Position numbers and translations under genes: made by a program. A DNA stretch of 63,998 nt, filler included, from Acidimicrobiia bacterium (GTDB lineage: Bacteria; Actinomycetota; Acidimicrobiia; Spongiisociales; SHLN01): assembly GCA_041619515.1 (NCBI GenBank). It is 8 parts of 8 records of this genome, joined end to end, with 100 filler letters (N's around TTAATTAATTAA, not from the genome) between each part and the next. Parts side by side here need not be neighbours in the genome. Positions count along the whole stretch, not along the records: positions 1 to 8,563 come from JBFKDW010000098.1; 7 more parts are not named here. One strand, written 5' to 3'. Under the pieces are notes generated by a model. That model did not search any database and was not told the DNA's origin. It worked only from the letters and a program-made list of their open reading frames with translations. Positions 1 through 8,663 of the stretch are shown here, one piece after another. Position 1 is the first letter of the stretch. Each line of letters begins with the position of its first letter.

Positions 1-426
1 GATTCGACGCTGCCGGCCGGGCTCGTGCTGAGCGCCGGTGCCGATCCCACTCAGCTCAGCCTCGGTGCGGCCGAGCACGCCACCGTCGACTTCGGCTACG
101 CCGACGGGAGTGGGCTGGGGTCGGTGTTCGGGGTTGTCTACGTCGACGAGGCGGGTCAGCCGGGCATCGGCGGCGTGAAGATGATCTTGCGTGGCGCCGG
201 CGGCAACGGCGTGTTCGACGGCGACGACGTGTTCACGAGTACATGGACGGCGGCGGATGGGACCTATGCGTTCCCGGCCCTGGGGGAGGGGCCGTACCGG
301 GTGTCGGTGAAGGATTCGACGCTGCCGGCCGGCCTCGTGCTCGGCACCGGCGCCGACCCCACCCAGCTGACGCTTGCCGCCGGAGAGAATGCGACGGTCG
401 ACTTCGGCTATGTCAGCGAGGAGTGA
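1..426 (+). CDS. C-terminal part of an SdrD-B/Cna-B-like repeat surface protein (5' truncated at window edge)
   Basis: Two copies of DSTLPAGLVL.(A/T)GADPTQL.L....ATVDFGY (nt ~1-100 and ~313-415), with G.V..D..G.PG..GV and T.ADG.Y.F..L..G.Y.V motifs. Confidence 0.65.
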   Translation, partial: DSTLPAGLVLSAGADPTQLSLGAAEHATVDFGYADGSGLGSVFGVVYVDEAGQPGIGGVKMILRGAGGNGVFDGDDVFTSTWTAADGTYAFPALGEGPYRVSVKDSTLPAGLVLGTGADPTQLTLAAGENATVDFGYVSEE

Positions 427-522
427 TCGGCGGCGCCAATCGCTCCCTGTCCGCCGCGCCGCCGGAGGTTGCGCCCGGAAGGGTGTACCGGCCTAACCTG
501 GCACTACGACTGGAGGCAGGTG

Positions 523-630
523 ATGACGACCGACAACGATGGGCGCAACCGGCGGGACGCCCTCAACTTCGTGCTCGTGATCGTGGCAGCCATCGCGGCC
601 GCCTACGTCGTGTTCCTGTGGCTGAACTAG
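523..630 (+). CDS. 35-aa single-TM small protein (MTTDNDGRNRRDALNFVLVIVAAIAAAYVVFLWLN)
   Basis: GGAGG at 512-516, ATG 523, TAG 628-630; GC-rich third positions; basic stretch then a hydrophobic helix; below the ORF-track length cutoff. Confidence 0.6.
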   Translation: MTTDNDGRNRRDALNFVLVIVAAIAAAYVVFLWLN

Positions 631-658
631 CGGGCCCACCCGCCGGTATCCTCCCCGC

Positions 659-1531
659 ATGACCTCACTCTCGGGCGTCTGGGCGGCATCGTTGACCCCC
701 CTCGCCGCCGACCTGACCCCCGACCCCTCCCGGCTGCTGGCACACGTCGATCGGCTGTTGTCCGATGGCTGTGACGGCGTCGTGTTGTTCGGCACCACCG
801 GCGAGGCTACCTCGTTCTCGGTGGCAGAACGCCTGCAGCTGCTGGAGCAGGTCGTGGCAGGTGGCGCCGATCCCAGCCGCATCATCGTCGGGGTGGGATG
901 CGCCGCACCCGTCGACACGGTGGAGCTGACTCGTGCCGCCTCCCGGCACGGCGTAGCGGCGGTGCTGATGCTGCCGCCGTTCTATTACAAGGCCGTTTCC
1001 GACGAGGACCTGGCAGCCGCCTTCGAGTGGATCATCGCAGCCGCCGGCCCGGGCATGGCGCCGATGCTGCTCTACAACATCCCGCAGGTGGCCGGGGTGC
1101 CTGTGTCTCCGGAGCTGGCCGGGCGGCTGGCGGCAGATCACCCGGGGGTGGTGGTCGGTGTCAAGGACAGCTCGGGCGATCCCGACAGCCTGCGGGCTTT
1201 CCTGTCGGCGATGCCGGGTGGGGCGGTGTTCGCCGGAACCGAGATGCTGCTCATCCCTGGGCTGGCCGAGGGGGCGGTCGGCACCATCAGCGCCGCCGCC
1301 AACGTCAACAGCCACCACATCCGCGCCGCGTTCTCCTCCCGCGATCCGGCCGACATGGGCGTACTCGGCGCCGCCCGCGGCGTGCTGACGAGCCGGCCGA
1401 TCATTCCGGCGCTGAAGGCCGTCCTCGCCGAGCGGCTCTCCGATCCCGGCTGGGCGGCGGTGCGGCCACCGCTGCGGCCCCTGCCGGTCGACGTCGGCCG
1501 CAGCCTGGCGCAATCGCTCCCGGCCGCGTGA
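659..1531 (+). CDS. dihydrodipicolinate synthase (DapA/NanA) family aldolase
   Basis: GTTGE motif, LLYNIP, GVKDSSG with Schiff-base Lys. Confidence 0.9.
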   Translation: MTSLSGVWAASLTPLAADLTPDPSRLLAHVDRLLSDGCDGVVLFGTTGEATSFSVAERLQLLEQVVAGGADPSRIIVGVGCAAPVDTVELTRAASRHGVAAVLMLPPFYYKAVSDEDLAAAFEWIIAAAGPGMAPMLLYNIPQVAGVPVSPELAGRLAADHPGVVVGVKDSSGDPDSLRAFLSAMPGGAVFAGTEMLLIPGLAEGAVGTISAAANVNSHHIRAAFSSRDPADMGVLGAARGVLTSRPIIPALKAVLAERLSDPGWAAVRPPLRPLPVDVGRSLAQSLPAA

Positions 1532-1556
1532 CGCCGTGATCGGGTAGAACGGGCCG

Positions 1557-1892
1557 ATGCAAGCCACAGATTTCGTCACCGTCGGGATGTACGCCAGTCG
1601 TCCCCAAGCCGAGGTCGGCCGGGCTCTGCTGGCATCTGAGGGTGTCGAGGCAACGGTCCGGTCCGATGATGCGGGGGGATACGAGCCCCAGCTCGGGCTG
1701 ACCAACGGGGTCAGGCTGATGGTGCGGGCACCGTATGTGGCCCTGGCGCTCGGCCTGCTCGAGCCCGCCGAGGAGGGCACGCCTCATCGTCCCCCCGGCT
1801 GGGTGACCTCGGTGGCCGCTCTCATCGCCGGGGTGCTGATCCTGCTCGTGAGCGTCCCGCCCGCCATCGCCGTCGTTCGAGCGATCGTCTGA
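1557..1892 (+). CDS. DUF2007-like putative signal-transducing protein with C-terminal TM helix
   Basis: AE..R.LL..EG+.A.V..DDAGG..P.....GV.L.V pattern followed by a hydrophobic tail. Confidence 0.65.
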   Translation: MQATDFVTVGMYASRPQAEVGRALLASEGVEATVRSDDAGGYEPQLGLTNGVRLMVRAPYVALALGLLEPAEEGTPHRPPGWVTSVAALIAGVLILLVSVPPAIAVVRAIV

Positions 1893-1894
1893 CC

Positions 1895-2785
1895 ATGGTC
1901 GCCGGCAGCCAACGCCGTGCCCAGCGCCGCAACCGGAGATCGATCGACGACCTGGACGCGGCCGGCCGCGCTCGCTTGCGGGAGCTGCTGGCCTCGGCGC
2001 GGCTCGCACTGCTGCCGACCAGCGAAGCGATACCCAGCCTCGAGGCCCGGCTGTCTCCCGGCGCGGTGGCGCTGGCGGTGACCTGTACGGCCGAATTGGG
2101 GATCGACCAGACGATCGCGGTGTCGGAGGTACTGGCGGCGCGCGGCTACGACGTGACCCCCCATATCGCCGCCCGCCAGGTCCGCACCGGGCGGCATCTC
2201 GACGAGATCCTGCTGCGGCTGGCCCGGCGCGGCATCACCCGCGTGTTCGTGGTTCAGGGGCGCCAATCGACCGCCGGTGCCTTCCCGACTTCGCTCGGCC
2301 TGCTCGAGGCCATGCAGGGCCACCCGCAGTCGCCGGCCGAAGTCGGGGTGGCCGGCTACCCGGAGGGCCATCACCGTGTCGACCGCGATCGGCTCACCGC
2401 CGGTCTGTTGGCTCGAGCCGGCTACGCCGGCTTCGTTTCCACCCAGGTGTCGCTCCATCCGGCCCGCCTGCTCGGGTGGCTTGCCGAGATGCGGGTGCGG
2501 GGGCTGAGCCTTCCCGTGGAGCTGGGGATTCCGGGGGTCGTTCAACTCGACCGGCTGAGACGCCAGGATCCGGGGCTGGCGGCAGTGGTGCCGGCCGGGC
2601 GGGGACGCAACCCAGCGTGGTACGACCCGACCGGGCTCGTGGCCGCACTCGCCGACCAGGCGGTGATGGACCGGCTCAACGTATCCGGTCTCCGGGTCGA
2701 GACCCTCAACGCCATCGATGCGGCCGCCGCCTGGCGCCAGCAGATCTACGATTTCACCCAGAAAGCCCGAACGGACCGAGCGTGA
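1895..2785 (+). CDS. methylenetetrahydrofolate reductase (MetF)-like flavoprotein
   Basis: PHIAAR, VAGYPEGH, STQ and LGIPG motifs of the MTHFR family. Confidence 0.75.
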   Translation: MVAGSQRRAQRRNRRSIDDLDAAGRARLRELLASARLALLPTSEAIPSLEARLSPGAVALAVTCTAELGIDQTIAVSEVLAARGYDVTPHIAARQVRTGRHLDEILLRLARRGITRVFVVQGRQSTAGAFPTSLGLLEAMQGHPQSPAEVGVAGYPEGHHRVDRDRLTAGLLARAGYAGFVSTQVSLHPARLLGWLAEMRVRGLSLPVELGIPGVVQLDRLRRQDPGLAAVVPAGRGRNPAWYDPTGLVAALADQAVMDRLNVSGLRVETLNAIDAAAAWRQQIYDFTQKARTDRA

Positions 2786-3489
2786 GCAACTTCTTCAAGA
2801 GATTTCGGCGTGGGGCGCGTGACCAACGGCCGGCAGACTCCCCGCGCTCTCGCAAACAGGTTCCCAGCGAGCTCGATCCGCTCGTTTCCCGTCCCATGCT
2901 CGGCGTCATCCTCGCCCGCGGCGGGAGCGGGCACATCGAGGGTGACGTCGCTCTCATGGATGCCGGGGGGGTGTCCATGGCGGCCCGGGTCAGCTTCGCG
3001 GTTTCCCAGCTCGGCGACGTCCTCGTCGTCGGGCGCCCCGGCACCCTGGCGGGGGTGGCGGCAGTGCCCTTCTATCGCCGTGACTCGCGTACCTCCCTCA
3101 CCGGCCTCGTGACCGGAATCCGGGCGGCCCTCGATCTGTCACCGCCCGGAACCAAGCCGCTCGTATTGCTGGTCGGAGTCGATCAGCCCTACGTGCGGGT
3201 GGAGACCCTCCGGTTCCTGCTGGCCTTCGCCGGGGAAAACGAAGCCGTCGTTCCCGTCGGTGAGGACGGCGCCCGGATGGTGACCTGTGCCGTCTATCCG
3301 TCGAGGTGGCTGGATCGTGCCGAGCGGGCCGACCAGGACGACGCCACCCTCGAGGATTTTCTCGAGAGCGTCAAGGTGCGTGAGATCACCCCCGAGATGT
3401 GGCGAGGCTGGGGAGAGGACGGGCGGTCCTGGTTCAAGGCCGGGTCGGCGGCTGCTCTGGAGGAGGCCCGGAGGCGGTTTGGTCCTTGA
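2782..3489 (+). CDS. MobA-like molybdenum cofactor guanylyltransferase / NTP transferase
   Basis: GVILARG N-terminal motif, VDQPY, AVVP...CAVY; GTG start overlaps the upstream stop (GTGA). Confidence 0.65.
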   Translation: MSNFFKRFRRGARDQRPADSPRSRKQVPSELDPLVSRPMLGVILARGGSGHIEGDVALMDAGGVSMAARVSFAVSQLGDVLVVGRPGTLAGVAAVPFYRRDSRTSLTGLVTGIRAALDLSPPGTKPLVLLVGVDQPYVRVETLRFLLAFAGENEAVVPVGEDGARMVTCAVYPSRWLDRAERADQDDATLEDFLESVKVREITPEMWRGWGEDGRSWFKAGSAAALEEARRRFGP

Positions 3490-3529
3490 GCCGACCGGCA
3501 GGGAGAACCGCTCGGCTTAGGCTCGGGTC

Positions 3530-3868
3530 ATGCAACACAATCATGAAGTCCAGGCGACGCTTCGTTCCCAGGTGCAGGCGCTGCGCGAGCTGATTCCCGA
3601 CACATGGGGCGGCTTCACCGAATTGCATCGGAGCGCGCTTGCCGCCGGTGAGTTGGATTCTGCCACTAAAGAGCTGATCGCCCTTGCCATCTCCGTCGTC
3701 GAGGGGTGCGATGGGTGCATTGCCTCCCACGCCCGCGGCGCTGCCCGCAGGGGGGCCACCCGCCAGCAGGTGGCCGAAGCGCTGGGAGTGACGTTGCTGA
3801 TGGACGGGGGGCCGGCGTCGGTCTACGGGCCGAGAGCCCTGGCCGCCTTCGACGAATTCAGCGGCTGA
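3530..3868 (+). CDS. carboxymuconolactone decarboxylase / AhpD-like protein
   Basis: KELIALAISVVEGCDGCIASH (CxxC..H) and MDGGPA motifs. Confidence 0.9.
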   Translation: MQHNHEVQATLRSQVQALRELIPDTWGGFTELHRSALAAGELDSATKELIALAISVVEGCDGCIASHARGAARRGATRQQVAEALGVTLLMDGGPASVYGPRALAAFDEFSG

Positions 3869-3913
3869 CCCCGTCCACGCTCGGCCGGATCCATCTGATC
3901 CCTCAACGGTGGC

Positions 3914-4237
3914 GTGGTCGGTGCCGATACGCGGTACATGACAGTTGGCACCGCCTGCAACATCCCCGAGTGCGCTCGCCGCCGGATGCGCGGATATCTC
4001 TTTTGTTGGAGCCACCAAATGGACCTCGAGCTCGTCGACCTGGTCAACGGCACAGAAGGGGCCGGGCTGTGGGTGGACGACGACGAGCACATCGAGGATG
4101 AGTTCGTATGGGTGTGTTCCCACGGCTCGATCATGGGTGACTGCTACCTCACGCTGTGCAGCGAGTTCCCCGGGGTCGGCCTCACCGCCTGGCAGGTTCG
4201 CGATGAGATGGCCGGCATCACCCTCAACCTGAACTGA
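3914..4237 (+). CDS. small Cys/His-rich hypothetical protein (start may be ATG 3938)
   Basis: C-x4-C...C-x2-H, CSH and C-x4-C motifs; GC-rich third positions. Confidence 0.5.
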   Translation: MVGADTRYMTVGTACNIPECARRRMRGYLFCWSHQMDLELVDLVNGTEGAGLWVDDDEHIEDEFVWVCSHGSIMGDCYLTLCSEFPGVGLTAWQVRDEMAGITLNLN

Positions 4238-4271
4238 GAGTGCTCGTGGTCCCCTGCGTTGCCCAGCCGTA

Positions 4272-4667
4272 TCAGGCGGGGGCGACGGGGGGCAGCACCG
4301 TCAACGGGACGATCACGGGCTCGGTCGCCTCCGAGACCAGCCGGCAGTGTGCCTCGATCGTTTCCGGTCCTTCGAACTCGATCTCGCCCTTGACGAGCTG
4401 ATACCCGAACTTGCCCGGCTCGATCATGACCGGCTGGCGGTTGCGGGCCACCTCGACATCCCGGCGCAAGAAGACGACTTCCAGGGCGTCGGAACCGGAC
4501 TCCTCGGCTCCGCAGCGGATGAGCACGATGAGGTGTGGCTCCAGCGTGGTGGGAAACGAAGGTGCCACCGTGCTGAAGTAGGCACCCCGCAAGTCGATGC
4601 GGGTCGAGGGGCCCTCCACCTGGCGGAACTCGAAGCCCTCCACAAACAGCGCCGACAGGATCTGCAT
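4272..4667 (-). CDS. conserved hypothetical beta-sandwich protein (DUF6941-like)
   Basis: Coherent ORF with TAGCCT -10 six nt before the ATG. Confidence 0.6.
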   Translation of the reverse strand: MQILSALFVEGFEFRQVEGPSTRIDLRGAYFSTVAPSFPTTLEPHLIVLIRCGAEESGSDALEVVFLRRDVEVARNRQPVMIEPGKFGYQLVKGEIEFEGPETIEAHCRLVSEATEPVIVPLTVLPPVAPA

Positions 4668-4676
4668 AACGGGAGG

Positions 4677-4952
4677 CTAAACCAGACCGTCGATGGCGGC
4701 CGCCAGCTCGGTGTCCTTGTCGGTGAGGGCATTCTCACTGTGCGTCGACAGCACCAGGGTCACCTTGTTCCACCGAATGTCGATGTCGGGATGATGGTCG
4801 GCGGCCTCCGCCAGGAAACCCACCCGCACCACGAAGCCCACCGACTCGGTGAAATCGCCGAACGAGAAGGTCCGGCTGATCGACTCGCCCTCCATCTCCC
4901 ATTCGGGCCGGGCCGCGTGAAACGCGGCGCGCGCGGCGTCTGACAGTCTCAT
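4677..4952 (-). CDS. phhB: pterin-4-alpha-carbinolamine dehydratase
   Basis: AEAADHHPDI.I.W..V.L.LSTH....LT.KD signature. Confidence 0.92.
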   Translation of the reverse strand: MRLSDAARAAFHAARPEWEMEGESISRTFSFGDFTESVGFVVRVGFLAEAADHHPDIDIRWNKVTLVLSTHSENALTDKDTELAAAIDGLV

Positions 4953-5012
4953 GGGCCGAGGCTATCAAGAAAAAACCCAAACGGCCGATCACCCGCATAG
5001 GAAGGAGGACAT

Positions 5013-5192
5013 ATGAGGACTGTTGCAGTGATGCTGCGGACCTTTGTCCGACAGGAGGAGGGTGCAAGCCTCGTCGAGTACGCGTTCATACTGCTCTTGA
5101 TGGTGGTGGTGTCGATCACGGTGGTCGCCAACCTCGGCGACTACCCGGCTGCCGCCTTCGAAAGCGTTGACGGCGGCTTCGGCGGTCCATAG
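5013..5192 (+). CDS. flp: Flp family type IVb pilin (59 aa)
   Basis: RBS AGGAGG; MRTVAVMLRTFVRQEEG|ASLVEYAFILLLMVVVSITVV has the prepilin cleavage Gly, E+5/Y+6 and a hydrophobic helix; absent from the ORF track. Confidence 0.85.
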   Translation: MRTVAVMLRTFVRQEEGASLVEYAFILLLMVVVSITVVANLGDYPAAAFESVDGGFGGP

Positions 5193-5304
5193 CCTGCTGC
5201 TTCCCGCGGTCGGCTCACAGGGCCGGGAACCCAGGTTCCCGGCCCTTTCAAACCTCTCATGGCACCCGCAGGTGCTGCCGTAAAGTAAGCGAACGGCCTT
5301 CATC

Positions 5305-6375
5305 ATGCGGAAAATCCTCTTCTTACTCACTCTCGTGCTGGCGGCGTGCTCCGGCAGCAACTCCGACGGCCCGGTGCTGACCTTCGCCGACTTCAACAGC
5401 CCCCCGACCACCCCCGAGGTGGTGCTGCCGCCCCCGACGACCACGACCACCGTTTCCCCGACCACCACGTCCACGTCGACCACCCTGCTCGTCGTCGACA
5501 CCCCGAGCGAGGTGGCGATCAGCAGCGAGACGGGCTATTCGATCCTCGAGGGGCCGGGAGCCCCCCGCCGGCTTCTCGACTTGCCGGTGGCGGCCGCGTT
5601 CGAGGATCTGCAGGGCGGGTTCGTCTATCAGCTTCCCGGGGCCGGGATTGATTCCGAGGCAGACCAGCGCATCTACTGGTCGCGCTCCTCAAACCCGACC
5701 TCCCAGGCGTTCCTCGACGTCACCGAGGGAGGGCTGCTCCGGTTGTGGGGGACCGAGGAGATCGGCGGATCGGCCCAGATGATCCTGACCATCGTCGACA
5801 ACGCCGACGATCCCGACCAGCGCGTGGAGCGGCTGGTGGTGTTCGACTTCGACACGGGAGATCGCGTGCTCGGTGAAGTCGGTTCCGCCGACTCCGGGCC
5901 GGTCACGATTGATTACGGAGGAGGCCGCTTCGTGCTCGAACAGCGCTCGGGCGTCCAGTCCTACTTCGAGTTCCGGAACGACCAGGGAGCCGTCATCGGC
6001 CTCGCCTCGAATCCGCAGCCGGGCTGCGCCGAGGAGGCCGGCTGCCCCACCCGGCCCGCCCTCGACCCGAGCGGCAGCTTCCTCGGGTATGTGGAGGAAA
6101 TGGCCCCCGGCAGCTGGAATCTGGTCATCTACGACCTCGATCTCGGCGAGGAGCTCGAGCGCGTCGAGCTGCCGGGCACGCTCGGGGAAATCATCGGTCT
6201 CGATTTCGACGGCTCCACGGTGATCGTCAACCGCACGACTCCGGACGGGACCCACCGGGCGCTCGTGGTCGATGCCACCACCGGCGGCGTCGGCGAGTTC
6301 GGCCTCACCGGCCACACGCGGTTTCTGCGGGTGGGACCGGGCTTCGACGGCCCCATTGAGGTGCCTGCCGGCTGA
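5305..6375 (+). CDS. lipoprotein with Thr/Pro-rich linker and probable beta-propeller domain
   Basis: Lipobox LAAC, PTTTTT linker, acidic beta-rich repeats. Confidence 0.7.
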   Translation: MRKILFLLTLVLAACSGSNSDGPVLTFADFNSPPTTPEVVLPPPTTTTTVSPTTTSTSTTLLVVDTPSEVAISSETGYSILEGPGAPRRLLDLPVAAAFEDLQGGFVYQLPGAGIDSEADQRIYWSRSSNPTSQAFLDVTEGGLLRLWGTEEIGGSAQMILTIVDNADDPDQRVERLVVFDFDTGDRVLGEVGSADSGPVTIDYGGGRFVLEQRSGVQSYFEFRNDQGAVIGLASNPQPGCAEEAGCPTRPALDPSGSFLGYVEEMAPGSWNLVIYDLDLGEELERVELPGTLGEIIGLDFDGSTVIVNRTTPDGTHRALVVDATTGGVGEFGLTGHTRFLRVGPGFDGPIEVPAG

Positions 6376-6383
6376 CCCCACAG

Positions 6384-6413
6384 GAAAAGGCCCCGCCGGG
6401 GCGGGGCCTTTTC
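6384..6413. terminator. bidirectional intrinsic terminator
   Basis: Perfect hairpin GAAAAGGCCCCGC-CGGG-GCGGGGCCTTTTC between convergent genes. Confidence 0.85.
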
Positions 6414-6432
6414 GAGCGAAGTAGGAAGCCCG

Positions 6433-6729
6433 CTAGTCGGCGACGCGGTCCTTCAAGCCTTTCGAAGCCTTGAATACTGGATAGGTCTTGGCCTCAATCT
6501 GGATGGTTGCACCGGTGGCGGGGTTGCGGCCCTGGCGAGCCGCCCGCCGCTTCGTGTCGAACTTGCCGAAACCGGCAATGGCAACGTCACGGCCGGCATC
6601 GAGCTCGACGGCAATGATCCCTTTGCCGGGATTGGTGTCGAAAATGGCGTCCACGACCTCTTGGGCCTTTGCCTGGCTGAGGTCGACCTTCGAGGCGAGC
6701 TTCTTCGCCATTTCTGTCTTGTTCATCAT
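6433..6729 (-). CDS. hup: histone-like DNA-binding protein HU
   Basis: MNKTE.. start and GFGKF....RAARQGRNPATG.......P.FK signature. Confidence 0.95.
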   Translation of the reverse strand: MMNKTEMAKKLASKVDLSQAKAQEVVDAIFDTNPGKGIIAVELDAGRDVAIAGFGKFDTKRRAARQGRNPATGATIQIEAKTYPVFKASKGLKDRVAD

Positions 6730-6892
6730 CTGGGTCCTTCCTACGTGCCCACTATTGGAGCTTCTGTTGAAGCTTCCCCCTTATCGATCGGGACTTTACC
6801 CCCGAAAGCCCCCAAATCCAGGCTTTTCGGGGGACGCGGGAAAAACTGGCTTGGCCGGCGCGTAACATTCCGGGCAGCGAGCGAGGCGCGAC

Positions 6893-7543
6893 ATGGGACC
6901 AGCCAACAGGCCGAGAACCCGCATCGAACGACTCGACCGCGCCGCGGGCCCGGTCGTGCGGCGGAGCTGGCAGCTGCTTGCCGAGCCGCAGGGGCCACTG
7001 CTGGCCGGGCTGTTCGGCTTTCCCTGGCAGGAGCCGCTGCTCGATGCCAGGTGCACGAGAACCCAGGGCGCCGGCCCCGCCGACCTGTTCGGCACCGTCC
7101 GTGTCGGTCGCCTGCATCGCTCGGTGCCGAGCCCCGACTGCACGTGCGGGATATACGCCACCGAGGAACCGCACACGGGGTGGCTGCAGCGGCGCTATCT
7201 ACGCGACAAGGTCCTCGTCAGCGGTTTCGTCCGCCTCTCCGGCAAGCTGGTGTTCGACGGTTCCGTGGTCCGCGCCGAACGCGCCGAGATCGTCGGCCCG
7301 TTGACGATTGCCTTGCCTCAACCGCACTGGCTTCGTCGGATGGGAGCCCGGGCGGGGATCTCTCAGACGGTGCGGCGGATAGTGCGAGACGGCACCCGGT
7401 ACGCAGTGCGCTATTCAACCGGAACCGCCGGTATGCCGCTGGGGGAGTGGCACCGGCAGATGAGCGAGCAACTGCGCCGCCGCTACGGGGTAGCCGTCAT
7501 CGGCCTGGTTCCTCCCCTACCCGGTCTTCTCGGCGGTCAATAG
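6893..7543 (+). CDS. hypothetical protein with H..P...CTCGIYA motif
   Basis: C...HRSVPSPDCTCGIYA followed by V.G.V.L.G......RAE.AEI. Confidence 0.6.
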   Translation: MGPANRPRTRIERLDRAAGPVVRRSWQLLAEPQGPLLAGLFGFPWQEPLLDARCTRTQGAGPADLFGTVRVGRLHRSVPSPDCTCGIYATEEPHTGWLQRRYLRDKVLVSGFVRLSGKLVFDGSVVRAERAEIVGPLTIALPQPHWLRRMGARAGISQTVRRIVRDGTRYAVRYSTGTAGMPLGEWHRQMSEQLRRRYGVAVIGLVPPLPGLLGGQ

Positions 7544-8433
7544 GCGGCGAACGAGCGGACCTGGGTGCGGGGGCCGTACTTGGGCGCTCCGATCCCGGAC
7601 AGCTTCAGCATGAGGGCGGCCCGGTACCGATGGGGCCGGAATGGCTCGAGGAGCTCGAGCATCCGACGGTCGGTGGCGCGCGCCTCGCCGGCCAGCGCCC
7701 ACGCCACGGTATTTGGAAGGTGGTAGTCGCCGACCGGCACGGCATCCGGATCGCCGAGGACCTCCGACACCACCAGCGCCGAGCTCCACGGCCCGATGCC
7801 CGGCAGCGCCCGCAGCCGCTGTTCGGCGGCCGCCGACGTCATCTCGGCGATCTCCTCGAGCCGGGATGCTCGCCGGCTCACTTCGATGATGCGGAGGGCC
7901 TTGGTGCGGCCGATCCCGAGCGGATGGAGGTCCTGGTACTGGAGGCGCCCGAGCACCTCGGGAGCCGGCTGGAGCACGAGCGGCTCGGGCCCCGGTGCCG
8001 GCTCGCCGTAGGCCTCGAGCAGGCGCCGTTCCGCCCGGTGGGCTTCGATGCGGGTGACCACCTGGCCGAGTATGACCGGGACGATCGCCTCGTGGACCCG
8101 CTCGGTCCGGGCGATGCGCAGGCCGCGAAAGCGGCCTTTGAGCTCTCGCATGAGCCGATGTCCGTTGGTCGGAAACCCGTCTGGATCATCTGCCGCCCCG
8201 AGAAGCTCGGGCAGGCGGTCGAGCGCCCACTCTGATCCTGCACCCCAGGCGGTGGCGGTGACCCGGCGGCCATCGACCTGGATGTGCAGGGTGACGGGAC
8301 CGTGCGGGGTTCGGCTCGCCCGCCAGGCACTCGTCGCGGTCGTCCGGCGCGTCGGGTGGCCGGTCCCGCCGTTGAGATGCCCGAGGGTGAGTCGCAGGTC
8401 GGGGGCAGGGTCGATGACGATGGTCCGCTTCAC
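7537..8433 (-). CDS. DNA-3-methyladenine glycosylase II (AlkA/HhH-GPD) family
   Basis: ILGQ.V, LPGIGPWS helix-hairpin-helix, GDPDAVPVGD. Confidence 0.88.
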   Translation of the reverse strand: MKRTIVIDPAPDLRLTLGHLNGGTGHPTRRTTATSAWRASRTPHGPVTLHIQVDGRRVTATAWGAGSEWALDRLPELLGAADDPDGFPTNGHRLMRELKGRFRGLRIARTERVHEAIVPVILGQVVTRIEAHRAERRLLEAYGEPAPGPEPLVLQPAPEVLGRLQYQDLHPLGIGRTKALRIIEVSRRASRLEEIAEMTSAAAEQRLRALPGIGPWSSALVVSEVLGDPDAVPVGDYHLPNTVAWALAGEARATDRRMLELLEPFRPHRYRAALMLKLSGIGAPKYGPRTQVRSFAAY

Positions 8434-8498
8434 GGTTGGATCGTAGCCGGGGCAACCCGCCCGAATGCCTCCATCCCCGGGCTCTAGAATCGCCGGGC

Positions 8499-8563
8499 AT
8501 GCCAGGAACGCTCGTCGTGCTCGGGACCGCCCAGGACGGTGGCAGCCCGCAGCTGGGAAGCCC
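8499..8563 (+). CDS. N-terminus of PqqB-like MBL-fold hydrolase (truncated by contig end)
   Basis: MPGTLVVLGTAQDGGSPQLG matches the LG..QDGG.PQ start of PqqB-like proteins; TAGAAT at 8485-8490. Confidence 0.6.
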
Positions 8564-8663
8564 NNNNNNNNNNNNNNNNNNNNNNNNNNNNNNNNNNNNN
8601 NNNNNNNTTAATTAATTAANNNNNNNNNNNNNNNNNNNNNNNNNNNNNNNNNNNNNNNNNNNN
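8564..8663. other. artificial contig spacer
   Basis: 100 nt of N with central TTAATTAATTAA (stops in six frames). Confidence 0.99.

Noticed and set aside
6661..8235. Long alternative ORFs (e.g. 6661-8235, 19450-21063, 21963-23615, 39733-41373, 35225-36610)
   Set aside because: These are Arg/Pro/Gly-rich antisense or off-frame shadows of well-supported genes, as expected in high-GC DNA.
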